Shown piece by piece: positions 37,252 through 45,633 of a stretch of DNA of 64,000 nt. Numbering within the stretch: the first letter of the stretch is position 1; each line of letters begins with the position of its first letter. The position numbers and the translations under genes are program-made. The DNA lies in assembly GCA_015067665.1 (NCBI GenBank), contig SVLZ01000002.1, positions 9,603 through 73,602 on the forward strand, written 5' to 3'. This stretch comes from Oscillospiraceae bacterium. GTDB taxonomy: Bacteria > Bacillota > Clostridia > Oscillospirales > Oscillospiraceae. Below the pieces are notes generated by a model, which saw only the letters and a program-made list of their open reading frames with translations, was not told the origin of the DNA and did no database searches.

Positions 37252-37704
37252 ATGCCTTCTTCTAAAAGTTTATCGAAGTTTGCTGGCACCGGCAAAGGAG
37301 ATTGGGCTCCTGATCATGGTGGTGGTAAGGTTGTTGTTTATGGTCGTGATGGCCGATCGCATTATGAAGGATATGTTTCTAATATTACAACAGCTAAAGA
37401 AAGAAAGGAGATGCGTAAACACGGTATTGCTCCCGGTGCTGTGGCTATGAGCAGCTTTGGTTCAGGTGATTCTTTTTTAACTGCACATGAACATGCTTCT
37501 GCCTCAAATTGGGCTGCTTTTCACAATTATTTAAGCAAACGCGAAGCTCTAAAGCATGAAGAAAATATGTTATTGCTTAATAAAGGGTTTACCCGTGATC
37601 GTTCCGGCTCTATAGTTAAGCTTTCTGCCCCTTCTTCTGTTTCAACTCCTGTAAAACAAAAGAAGCGTTCCGTTTGGAATCGCTTCTTAGATAACTTGTT
37701 TTGA
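37252..37704 (+). CDS. Basic hypothetical protein (150 aa), last gene of the element
   Basis: AAGGA RBS; stop codon abuts attR. Confidence 0.65.
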   Translation: MPSSKSLSKFAGTGKGDWAPDHGGGKVVVYGRDGRSHYEGYVSNITTAKERKEMRKHGIAPGAVAMSSFGSGDSFLTAHEHASASNWAAFHNYLSKREALKHEENMLLLNKGFTRDRSGSIVKLSAPSSVSTPVKQKKRSVWNRFLDNLF

Positions 37705-37740
37705 TTAACTCAACAAAAATTGCCTATTTTGTTGCGTTCG
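37705..37740. other. attR / variant dif-like site
   Basis: TT-AACTCAACAAAA-ATTGCCTA-TTTTGTTGCGTT-CG: one mismatch in the left arm, 8-bp spacer. Confidence 0.8.
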
Positions 37741-37809
37741 TTCTTTTATAGCTTTGACGGCGCAGTTTACAAGGAAGCACTTACCTGCTGTGATGTTGCT
37801 AACACGCAT

Positions 37810-38052
37810 AAAAAAATAAGCAACGCCCTTCAAGAATACTCACGAGCGTGAGCCCTCAAAATACTTTGCGTTGCTTACTACTATGAAAAAGAGCGCCCAC
37901 GGGTTAAGCGATTGCCGCCCATTTATGCGTTATTACGCACCGCTCTCTTTTATGTGTAGCAGATGGCTGGCAAGCTCTTGCCTGTTCGTCACGGCTGCAT
38001 TAAGTGCAGCGCTTCCGCACATTGTTGCGGCAGCGAGACCATCTACTACTGT
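37810..38052 (-). ncRNA. Candidate structured non-coding RNA with three multi-stem domains
   Basis: Closing stems 37956-37966/38039-38049, 37886-37895/37941-37950 and 37817-37826/37868-37877, with inner hairpins; G-U pairs favour the minus strand; TATAAT upstream and T7 tail. Confidence 0.6.
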
Positions 38053-38155
38053 TGCGATTATATATTAGCATTAAAAATGTCAATCAAAATTATGATAGAC
38101 AATATGAGCCTATAGTGCTATATTATTAGAAAATTGCTATTATTCGAGGTACCAA

Positions 38156-38968
38156 ATGCCAATTATTGAAATCACCGATATTACCGCGCCGGAGCTGGAT
38201 ATATTCGCTCGGCTGACGCAGGCGCAGTTGCGCAATAAATTAGAGCCTGAGAAAGGTATCTTCATTGCAGAAAGCCCCAAGGTAATTTCCCTCGCTCTTA
38301 CTGCCGGCTGCACACCAATCGCCCTCCTGATGGAACAAAAACATATTTCCGGTGATGGCGCACCGATCATCCGGCAATGCGGGGAAATTCCGGTTTACAC
38401 AGCAGATCGTGCTGTACTGGAGCAACTGACCGGTTATCAGCTTACAAGAGGTGTGCTCTGCGCGATGAAGCGCCCCACTCCCCTTTCCGCAGCAAAAATT
38501 TGCCAAAATTCACACCGAATTGCCGTATTGGATGGCATTGTTGATTCCACCAACATCGGTGCTATTTTTCGTAGTGCTGCAGCCCTCGGTATGGACGCTG
38601 TTTTACTGACCCATTCCTGCTGCGATCCCTTGTGTCGACGGGCTATTCGCGTCAGTATGGGCACCGTTTTTCTAATTCCGTGGGCATATTTTCCCCATAA
38701 AGATGCAAAAATTACCACATTTTTGCAAGAAATGGGCTTCAAAAACGTCGCTATGGCACTTAGAGAGGATGCCATCTCTATGGACGACCCTGCCCTAAAA
38801 GCGGAAGAAAAGCTTGCAATTATACTTGGCACTGAAGGCGATGGCCTGAAACAGAATGTGATCGAAAACGCCGATTACACTGTCTGTATCCCGATGGCAC
38901 ACAACGTAGATTCTCTCAACGTAGCAGCTGCTTCCGCGGTTGCTTTTTGGGAATTGCGGAAGCGTTAA
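38156..38968 (+). CDS. TrmH/SpoU family RNA methyltransferase
   Basis: NIGAIFRSAAALG, LGTEGDGL, IPMAHNVDSLNVA. Confidence 0.92.
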   Translation: MPIIEITDITAPELDIFARLTQAQLRNKLEPEKGIFIAESPKVISLALTAGCTPIALLMEQKHISGDGAPIIRQCGEIPVYTADRAVLEQLTGYQLTRGVLCAMKRPTPLSAAKICQNSHRIAVLDGIVDSTNIGAIFRSAAALGMDAVLLTHSCCDPLCRRAIRVSMGTVFLIPWAYFPHKDAKITTFLQEMGFKNVAMALREDAISMDDPALKAEEKLAIILGTEGDGLKQNVIENADYTVCIPMAHNVDSLNVAAASAVAFWELRKR

Positions 38969-39028
38969 GCTTTACTTTTTGATGCGTTCTTGATATAATG
39001 AATTAAATTATTCGATTTGGAGGAAATT

Positions 39029-40000
39029 ATGGGTATTAAGAGAATTGGTGTACTTACCAGCGGCGGCGACGCGCCCGGTATGAACGCGGCTGTCCGCGCA
39101 GTACTGCGTACCGCACTGTATCATGGAATTGAGTGTTATGGCATTCTTCGCGGCTATAACGGTCTTATTAACGCAGATGTCATCCGTCTGGATGAGAAAC
39201 GCGTTTCTCATATTATCAATCGCGGTGGAACAGTTCTCTATACTGCCCGCAGTAAGGAGTTTATGACGGAAGAAGGTCAAAAAAAGGCTGCATCCACCTG
39301 CAAATTCCTTGGTCTTGACGGCATTGTTGCCATTGGCGGCGACGGTACATTCCGTGGCGCGCAGGCACTTTCTAAGTGTGGTGTTAACGTAGTCTGCATT
39401 CCCGCTACCATTGACAACGATATTTGCTGTACGAATTATTCCATAGGCTTTGATACCGCTGCCAATACCGCAATCGACTGTATCGATAAGCTGCGCGATA
39501 CAATGCAGTCCCATGAGCGCTGCTCTGTGGTAGAGGTGATGGGCAGAAACGCAGGCTATCTTGCAATGTATGTGGGTCTTGCAGTTGGTGCGACCGCCGT
39601 TCTCGTCCCGGAGTCCCCTATCGACCTGCAAAAGGACGTGGTTGAAAAAATCCGTCAGGCACGGCTTAATGGTTTTACCCACTATATGATCGTGGTTGCA
39701 GAAGGCGCCGGCTCTGCTTCGGACATCGCAAATCAGATTCACGACGCCCTTGATTTAGACCCCCGTGTGACAGTTCTCGGTCATATCCAGCGCGGAGGTA
39801 CGCCTACTGCGCGTGACCGTGTCAACGCTACCAAAATGGGTTATCTCGCGGTGGAGCTGCTCCGTGCCGGCAAAACAAATCGTGTGATCTGCACCGATCA
39901 GGGCGGTTTTGTGGATATTGATATTTCTGAAGGTCTTTCCCGCCAAAAGCTTCCCTTGCAGCTGGAAGCGGATGTGCTCGCAGCAATGACCGGTATTTAA
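39029..40000 (+). CDS. pfkA: 6-phosphofructokinase
   Basis: LTSGGDAPGMNAA, IGGDGT, TIDND, EVMGR, LGHIQRGG. Confidence 0.97.
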   Translation: MGIKRIGVLTSGGDAPGMNAAVRAVLRTALYHGIECYGILRGYNGLINADVIRLDEKRVSHIINRGGTVLYTARSKEFMTEEGQKKAASTCKFLGLDGIVAIGGDGTFRGAQALSKCGVNVVCIPATIDNDICCTNYSIGFDTAANTAIDCIDKLRDTMQSHERCSVVEVMGRNAGYLAMYVGLAVGATAVLVPESPIDLQKDVVEKIRQARLNGFTHYMIVVAEGAGSASDIANQIHDALDLDPRVTVLGHIQRGGTPTARDRVNATKMGYLAVELLRAGKTNRVICTDQGGFVDIDISEGLSRQKLPLQLEADVLAAMTGI

Positions 40001-40009
40001 TAGAATAAG

Positions 40010-40046
40010 AAAAGGTCTATCTGCCATATGGCACGATAGACCTTTT
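40010..40046. terminator. Bidirectional terminator between pfkA and xerD
   Basis: AAAAGGTCTATC...GATAGACCTTTT inverted repeat. Confidence 0.65.
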
Positions 40047-40927
40047 TATGCTTTCGGATGGCATTTGGAATACACAGATTTGAGCCTTTGATTTACCATC
40101 TGTGTATAAAGCTGGGTAGAAGAAATGTCACTGTGCCCCATCAGCTCCTGTAAGGAGCCGAGATCTGCGCCATTCTCTAAAAGATGGACTGCAAAACTGT
40201 GACGAAGCGTGTGAGGCGTGATCTCCTTCTCGATATGGGCTGTATCCTGATAATGCTTTAGAATCTTCCAGAAGCCCTGACGGCTCATACGGCTGCCGCT
40301 TATATTCACAAAAAGCGCAGACTCCTCAGGATCTGCAAGCATTGCATCCCGATAGTCCCGAATGTAAGCATTCAGCGCACGTACCGCAGTAGGATAAAGC
40401 GGAATGGCACGGGTCTTCTTTGTGCCGTGGCACTTGATAAGACCAAGATCCTGATTATAGTCATCAAGATCAAGATCGATCAGCTCAGTGACACGCATAC
40501 CGGTTGCATACAGCAGCTCCAGCATCGCCTTATCACGAAATCCCTTAGCATCTACACAGACAGGCTGTGCAAGCAAAAGTTCGATCTCGCGGCCGGTGAG
40601 GACCTGCGGCAGCTTCTTCTCTCCCCTATCCACTTGAATGTTTACAACAGGAGTCTTCTCTACGAAACCGGAGGAAACCAGATAGGCATAAAAATTCCGA
40701 AGACCGGCCAATGTCCGGGAAAGCGTAGCGCCGGAACGTCCGCTGCGTTTCAGGTAGGACAAGTAGCCTTCGATATTTACTTGTTGGGCATCTACAATCT
40801 CAACCTTCACACTGCGGAGCCAATCGGCATACTGCCGAATGTCACGTGTGTAGGAGGCTGTTGTATTGGCAGATGCCTTTTTTACCTTTGTAAGGTAATT
40901 CTCGTAGGCGTGAATCAAATCCAACAT
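40046..40927 (-). CDS. xerD: Tyrosine recombinase XerD/RipX-like
   Basis: LLYATGMRVTEL, SRQGFWK, HTLRHSFAVHLLENGADL, MGHSDISSTQLY; downstream of a spoIIM-like gene. Confidence 0.88.
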   Translation of the reverse strand: MLDLIHAYENYLTKVKKASANTTASYTRDIRQYADWLRSVKVEIVDAQQVNIEGYLSYLKRSGRSGATLSRTLAGLRNFYAYLVSSGFVEKTPVVNIQVDRGEKKLPQVLTGREIELLLAQPVCVDAKGFRDKAMLELLYATGMRVTELIDLDLDDYNQDLGLIKCHGTKKTRAIPLYPTAVRALNAYIRDYRDAMLADPEESALFVNISGSRMSRQGFWKILKHYQDTAHIEKEITPHTLRHSFAVHLLENGADLGSLQELMGHSDISSTQLYTQMVNQRLKSVYSKCHPKA

Positions 40928-40949
40928 AAAACGGAAACCTTCCTTGGAA

Positions 40950-41444
40950 TTAAAGAATCAAATAAGAAAAATAAGGCGCAATGTGAAAATGATCAACTGC
41001 GATCATGAGGGCAATGGCGATTAAAACAGAGAGAAAACAGGCGCTATGGGACTGCTGGGGTTTTACAAGGCACTTTCCTGCAAAGTAAATAAGAAACACA
41101 GTCGCAATTTTGTCAGAAAACAGAAGCAACGCACCAGCTAACCAAGCAGCATTTCCATAAGCCGCACAAATGCCCAACATCAGAAAGCTGTCCGTCGCAG
41201 CTTTAAGAAACAAAATAGGAAAGATCAGTCCCGGCAGATGCAGCAGCGTAACTAAGTAAACAGCAAAAAGCGGAATGACCGCAGAAAGCGCTAACGGGAA
41301 TCGATTGGAAATACCGGCAGCCTGCAGAGCACCCGCCAATGTACTGACATTCCCGCTTGCGACCCAAATACCGAGAGCAGACCCCGCAGTGTAAACAAAG
41401 ATAAGACCGATAAGTGCAGGGGACGTTTGTTCTGACTTATGCAT
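40950..41444 (-). CDS. Membrane protein, SpoIIM-like (divergent)
   Basis: Hydrophobic multi-TM ORF in the usual spoIIM position upstream of xerD. Confidence 0.5.
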   Translation of the reverse strand: MHKSEQTSPALIGLIFVYTAGSALGIWVASGNVSTLAGALQAAGISNRFPLALSAVIPLFAVYLVTLLHLPGLIFPILFLKAATDSFLMLGICAAYGNAAWLAGALLLFSDKIATVFLIYFAGKCLVKPQQSHSACFLSVLIAIALMIAVDHFHIAPYFSYLIL

Positions 41445-41807
41445 AAATATTCACCATATCCATTCACTGTATATTCATTCGTATATAGTTGCATACACAA
41501 GTAAACACACGGTAAATGGCCGGTAATTTTAGCGCGCAGTGTGTTTACTATACACCAATTTTTTGAAAAAAGCAAGGTGGATGGGGCCAAAAAGCCCATT
41601 TTTGTATATTATGACAATTTTTATGTAAACATCATTATGTAAACTAACGCAACTGCCTTACCTGAGGAGCAAGACGTAGTGTTATCGGCACAAATCTTGG
41701 GTTTTATCAGCACCTTTGAACACAAGATGTAGTCTTTATATAAAAATGCCGCATTTTGTCAAGTTATACCAAATATATTGCTGTTGTATATATTGCACAA
41801 TCCTATA

Positions 41808-42251
41808 TTACCTTCTATTTCTTCTTTTCCCTCCCTTTTTGCCCAATAACTGTAGGATTATCGCACTGAACGCACCACAGAGGGATGCAAATACACCACT
41901 TCCGATCCCATTTAAGCTGTTGTCAAGGAACAGGATGTTTCCTCCGATCATAAGCAGCAAATATGCAGCTGCGCATACAGTGGCTATGACCGCCGGTATT
42001 CTCCCTATATGTACGGTTGCGATGATACAGCCTGTCGCTACAGACAGAAACTGTATTACCCATACCGCTGTGCCTATTGCTTCTTCGCTTACCTTCCCTT
42101 CCGAAACCAACAAAGCAGCACCTGCTGTTAATAGGAATGTGAGTAGTAAACTGACAAATACGCCGATTGCTACACTAATGAACGGTTTGCCAGTCTGTCC
42201 ACCTTGTTTGACCAGATGTTTTTTCATTCGGTATCTCCCCTTTCGCTTCAT
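41808..42251 (-). CDS. Four-TM membrane protein (TIGR04086-like)
   Basis: Four hydrophobic segments and a basic C-tail; start may be the second Met (42227). Confidence 0.55.
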   Translation of the reverse strand: MKRKGRYRMKKHLVKQGGQTGKPFISVAIGVFVSLLLTFLLTAGAALLVSEGKVSEEAIGTAVWVIQFLSVATGCIIATVHIGRIPAVIATVCAAAYLLLMIGGNILFLDNSLNGIGSGVFASLCGAFSAIILQLLGKKGGKRRNRR

Positions 42252-42311
42252 CTTATTGTCAGACGGGCAAAAAAATACCTGGGATTTTCTCCCAGGTATT
42301 TATTATGGAGT

Positions 42312-44006
42312 TTATGCTTCCATCTGCTTGCGCATCTGACGAATCTGCTCAGCTGCCGCTTCTTTTGTTTCCGCGACAGCCGTATAATAGAACTTGACTT
42401 TCGGCTCAGTACCCGAGGGGCGCGCAATGACACTTCCCTTATCGCCAAGAATCAGCTCCAAAACATTGGATTTCGGCAGACTGATCGGAAGGGTCTCGCC
42501 TGTCTGCATATCTTTAGAGGTACGCGCACCGTAATCGTTGATCTTAGTGATGAGATAACCGCCAACAGCATCCGGTGTGTTGCTGCGAAGGTCAGACATA
42601 ATCTTTGCAGCCTTTTCCATTGCGTCGGAACCGGTAAGTTCAACGCTGGTAACGTGGGCAAGATAGAAGCCATAGGTTGCATAGAGCTCGTTCATAGCAT
42701 CCAAAATAGATTTGCCCTGCAGACGGCAGAAAGCGGCCAGCTCACACACAAGCATGGATGCGACAACAGCATCCTTATCGCGGGCATAGGTACCCTTCAG
42801 GTAGCCACAGCTCTCTTCAAAGCCAAAGATGAAGCGATTTTCCTCACCAATTTCTTCCAATGCAAGGATCTCACCACCGATATACTTAAAGCCTGTAAGC
42901 ACAGCCTTCATTTCTACACCATAGTGCGCAGCAATGCGATCTGCCAGTGGCGAAGAAACTAAGCTGCGGACAGCGATCGCGCCTTTCGGAATATCTCCCT
43001 TTTCGCTACGTGCTTTAAGAATATAGTCAAGCAGTAAGCAGCCCAATTCATTACCGGAGATCTTCACATATCCCTGCCCACTGGGGACAGCAATTGCAAC
43101 GCGGTCACAATCAGGATCCGTGCCGAGAATTACATCACAAGGCACCGTGTTGGCCACCTTGTAGCTTTCATTCAGGGCTGCATCCGTTTCGGGATTGGGA
43201 TATTCGCAGGTCTTAAAGTCGCCATCAGGCTTCTCCTGACAGCCTACAACAGTAATGCCTACACCAAGTCTTCCAAGAACTTCGCGGACAGGCTCGTTAC
43301 CGGTGCCACACAGGGGTGTATAGACGATCTGCAGGCCGGACTGCTTGATTAGCTCAGGTGCAACCGCCTCAGCAAGAACAGTATCGTAATACTTCTCCCA
43401 CAGAGGCTGCGCAATATATTCGATAAGTCCCTCCTGCATAAATTCTGCAAAGGACTTTTCTTCCGGGACAAAGTAAGGAATTTTAGCGATGGTTTCCGTA
43501 ACAACAGCGGCAGGTGCATCTGTCATTTGGCAGCCGTCCGGACCGTAGCACTTCACACCGTTATATTCACCGGCATTATGGCTGGCAGAGATGACAATGC
43601 CGCATCCGCAGCCAAGCTCGCGTACCGCAAAAGACAGCATAGGCGTGGGCGCAAGACGGTCAAAGAGGTACGTCTTAATGCCCGCCTCCGCAAAAGCAAC
43701 AGCGCAAACGTTAGCAAATTCCTCGGAATGATGGCGACTGTCATAACCGATGGCAGCGATTTTTGGCAGATCTGTTCCGGAAAGCCATGCGGCCATACCC
43801 TGCGCTGCGCGCCGCACAGTATATTTGTTCAATCGGTTGCTGCCCATACCCATAATACCGCGCATACCGGCGGTACCGAACTGAAGATCAGAAGAGAATC
43901 TTCCCTTCAGCTCTTCCTCATTATTCTTTATCTCATCCAGTTCTGCCTGAACATCGGCAGGCAACCCGGCATTACACCAAAAAGCATAGCGATCCAAATA
44001 ATTCAT
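42312..44006 (-). CDS. pgm: Phosphoglucomutase/phosphomannomutase
   Basis: FGTAGMRG, SASHN, TDPDCDR, GFEES, RPSGTEPK. Confidence 0.93.
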   Translation of the reverse strand: MNYLDRYAFWCNAGLPADVQAELDEIKNNEEELKGRFSSDLQFGTAGMRGIMGMGSNRLNKYTVRRAAQGMAAWLSGTDLPKIAAIGYDSRHHSEEFANVCAVAFAEAGIKTYLFDRLAPTPMLSFAVRELGCGCGIVISASHNAGEYNGVKCYGPDGCQMTDAPAAVVTETIAKIPYFVPEEKSFAEFMQEGLIEYIAQPLWEKYYDTVLAEAVAPELIKQSGLQIVYTPLCGTGNEPVREVLGRLGVGITVVGCQEKPDGDFKTCEYPNPETDAALNESYKVANTVPCDVILGTDPDCDRVAIAVPSGQGYVKISGNELGCLLLDYILKARSEKGDIPKGAIAVRSLVSSPLADRIAAHYGVEMKAVLTGFKYIGGEILALEEIGEENRFIFGFEESCGYLKGTYARDKDAVVASMLVCELAAFCRLQGKSILDAMNELYATYGFYLAHVTSVELTGSDAMEKAAKIMSDLRSNTPDAVGGYLITKINDYGARTSKDMQTGETLPISLPKSNVLELILGDKGSVIARPSGTEPKVKFYYTAVAETKEAAAEQIRQMRKQMEA

Positions 44007-44064
44007 TAAATATCCTCCTTGTTCTTAAAAAAGCAGCTCAAGATATTTGAGCTGCTTTTTCTTT

Positions 44065-44574
44065 TTACGCATTTTCGTCCATTGCAGCATCGTTGGCAGC
44101 GCGCTTTTCCTGCGCCTCTGCCAAAGCCTTAAACTTTGCGCGGGTATCCTTTACTTCCTCCAAAGAAGCAGAGATCGCTTCCTCAGTCCGACGGAGTGCA
44201 TCGTCCATATAGTCGTTACTTGCCTTACGAACCTCGGACATACGGGCCTGCGTTCTGAGAACCATTTCCTGGCACTGACGTTTTGCCTCTACATAAATTG
44301 CTTCCTCGGAAACCTTCTGTGCAGCTTCTTCCTGTGCCTTACGGACGATCGTCTCTGCCTCACGACGCGCCTGGCTGATCAGCTCATTGCGGGACTCAAC
44401 AATATTACGGGCCTGCTTCAGCTCCACGGGCAGCTGTGCGATGACTTCATCCAGCATATCTAAAACCTTGTCCCGTTCCAAAATACACTTATCAGCGGCA
44501 AGGGGCATTGCCCGTGCATCGCGGACCATATCGTATAGTGTGGAGATAATTTCATCAATATTCTGTTCGTTCAT
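44065..44574 (-). CDS. Conserved coiled-coil protein downstream of coaD
   Basis: MVRDARAMPL...LPVELKQA; conserved rsmD-coaD-X context. Confidence 0.75.
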   Translation of the reverse strand: MNEQNIDEIISTLYDMVRDARAMPLAADKCILERDKVLDMLDEVIAQLPVELKQARNIVESRNELISQARREAETIVRKAQEEAAQKVSEEAIYVEAKRQCQEMVLRTQARMSEVRKASNDYMDDALRRTEEAISASLEEVKDTRAKFKALAEAQEKRAANDAAMDENA

Positions 44575-45073
44575 TTCTGTTTCCTCCTTGAAATGCATTT
44601 GCAATTCGTTTTTTAAAGTCAGGGATTATTTCCTCCGGTAAGAAGTCCGAAAGCTCCACACCGTATTTACCCAGTTCCTTGACAGTACTGGAACTGAGGT
44701 ACATATATTGGTGCTCTGCAGTAAGGAACATAGTATCCAGTCCCGGATTGATTTTATGGTTAATAAGCGCCATTTGGAATTCGTTTTCAAAGTCAGAGCC
44801 GGCGCGCAGACCCTTAACGATTACACAGCTGCCCTTTCTTCGGGCATATTCCGCAAGAAGCTCTTCAGAAGAATCTACCTCTACATTGGGCAGATCATTG
44901 GTGACTCTCCGGATCATATCTACCCGTTCTTCCTGGGTAAACATCGGATGTTTTCCGGCATTGACCATCACACAGACTATCAGCCGATCAAAAATCTTGG
45001 CTGCTCGGCGGATAATATTCAAGTGACCGCTTGTGATCGGATCAAAACTGCCGGGATAAATCGCGACTTTCAA
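44555..45073 (-). CDS. coaD: Phosphopantetheine adenylyltransferase
   Basis: YPGSFDPITSGH, KGLR, LSSSTVKE. Confidence 0.97.
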   Translation of the reverse strand: MKVAIYPGSFDPITSGHLNIIRRAAKIFDRLIVCVMVNAGKHPMFTQEERVDMIRRVTNDLPNVEVDSSEELLAEYARRKGSCVIVKGLRAGSDFENEFQMALINHKINPGLDTMFLTAEHQYMYLSSSTVKELGKYGVELSDFLPEEIIPDFKKRIANAFQGGNRNERTEY

Positions 45074-45075
45074 AT

Positions 45076-45633
45076 CTACGCCTCCCCTGCTGTATCCTTG
45101 CGATAAAGTGTAAGGACGGTATTGCCGTACTTATAGTCCTTCAGGCGGCTAATGCCGGATAATTTAGCCGGTAATTCTTTCCCAAATGGGCATTCTGCAA
45201 CTATTATACCATTAGTTTGCAAAATGTCAATTTCTGTTATTAAATTTAGTGCATTTTCCAGGAAAACTTCTGCATATGGGGGATCAAGCAAAATAATATC
45301 GAATTTCTGTTTCGCAGCTTTGAGGTAAGCAAGGTAATCGCTGCGTATGACCCGACCCTCCTTCTCCATATGGGCAAGGCGAAGATTCTCCCGTATGAGC
45401 TTGCAAGCCTTCTCGCTTTGATCGACAAATACTACTTCTTTCGCTCCACGGCTGATGGCTTCTATGCCAAGCTGGCCTGTGCCGCCAAAAAGATCAAGCA
45501 CCCGCGCACCGGGCAGATCGAAGTGGAGAATGCTAAACAGGGCTTCTTTTACGCGATCGGCAGTAGGACGGGTCTGGGAACCCTCTGGCGTTTTCAGCCG
45601 AACACCTCGTGCTTTTCCACTGATTACACGCAT
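45076..45633 (-). CDS. rsmD: 16S rRNA m2G966 methyltransferase
   Basis: MRVISG..RG, TRPTADRVKEALF, LDPPY. Confidence 0.95.
   Translation of the reverse strand: MRVISGKARGVRLKTPEGSQTRPTADRVKEALFSILHFDLPGARVLDLFGGTGQLGIEAISRGAKEVVFVDQSEKACKLIRENLRLAHMEKEGRVIRSDYLAYLKAAKQKFDIILLDPPYAEVFLENALNLITEIDILQTNGIIVAECPFGKELPAKLSGISRLKDYKYGNTVLTLYRKDTAGEA

Larger units (their letters stand above)
25267..37740 (+). mobile_element. Integrase-less rolling-circle ssDNA provirus-like element (inovirus/plectrovirus-like IMEX candidate), ~12.46 kb
   Basis: Bounded by the 16-bp direct repeat TATTTTGTTGCGTTCG (25267-25282, 37725-37740) inside dif-like palindromes; encodes Rep_trans, SSB-like, Zot-like ATPase and TM proteins; T-rich codons unlike the flanks. 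Confidence 0.85.

Noticed and set aside
37871-38068. 65-aa ORF on + next to attR
   Set aside because: TTG start without an RBS; it overlaps a strongly base-paired region better explained as a minus-strand RNA
41445-41807. Long AT-rich intergenic region as a possible ncRNA or insertion scar
   Set aside because: No extended stems or repeats found; consistent with promoter sequence for the downstream sporulation-type gene
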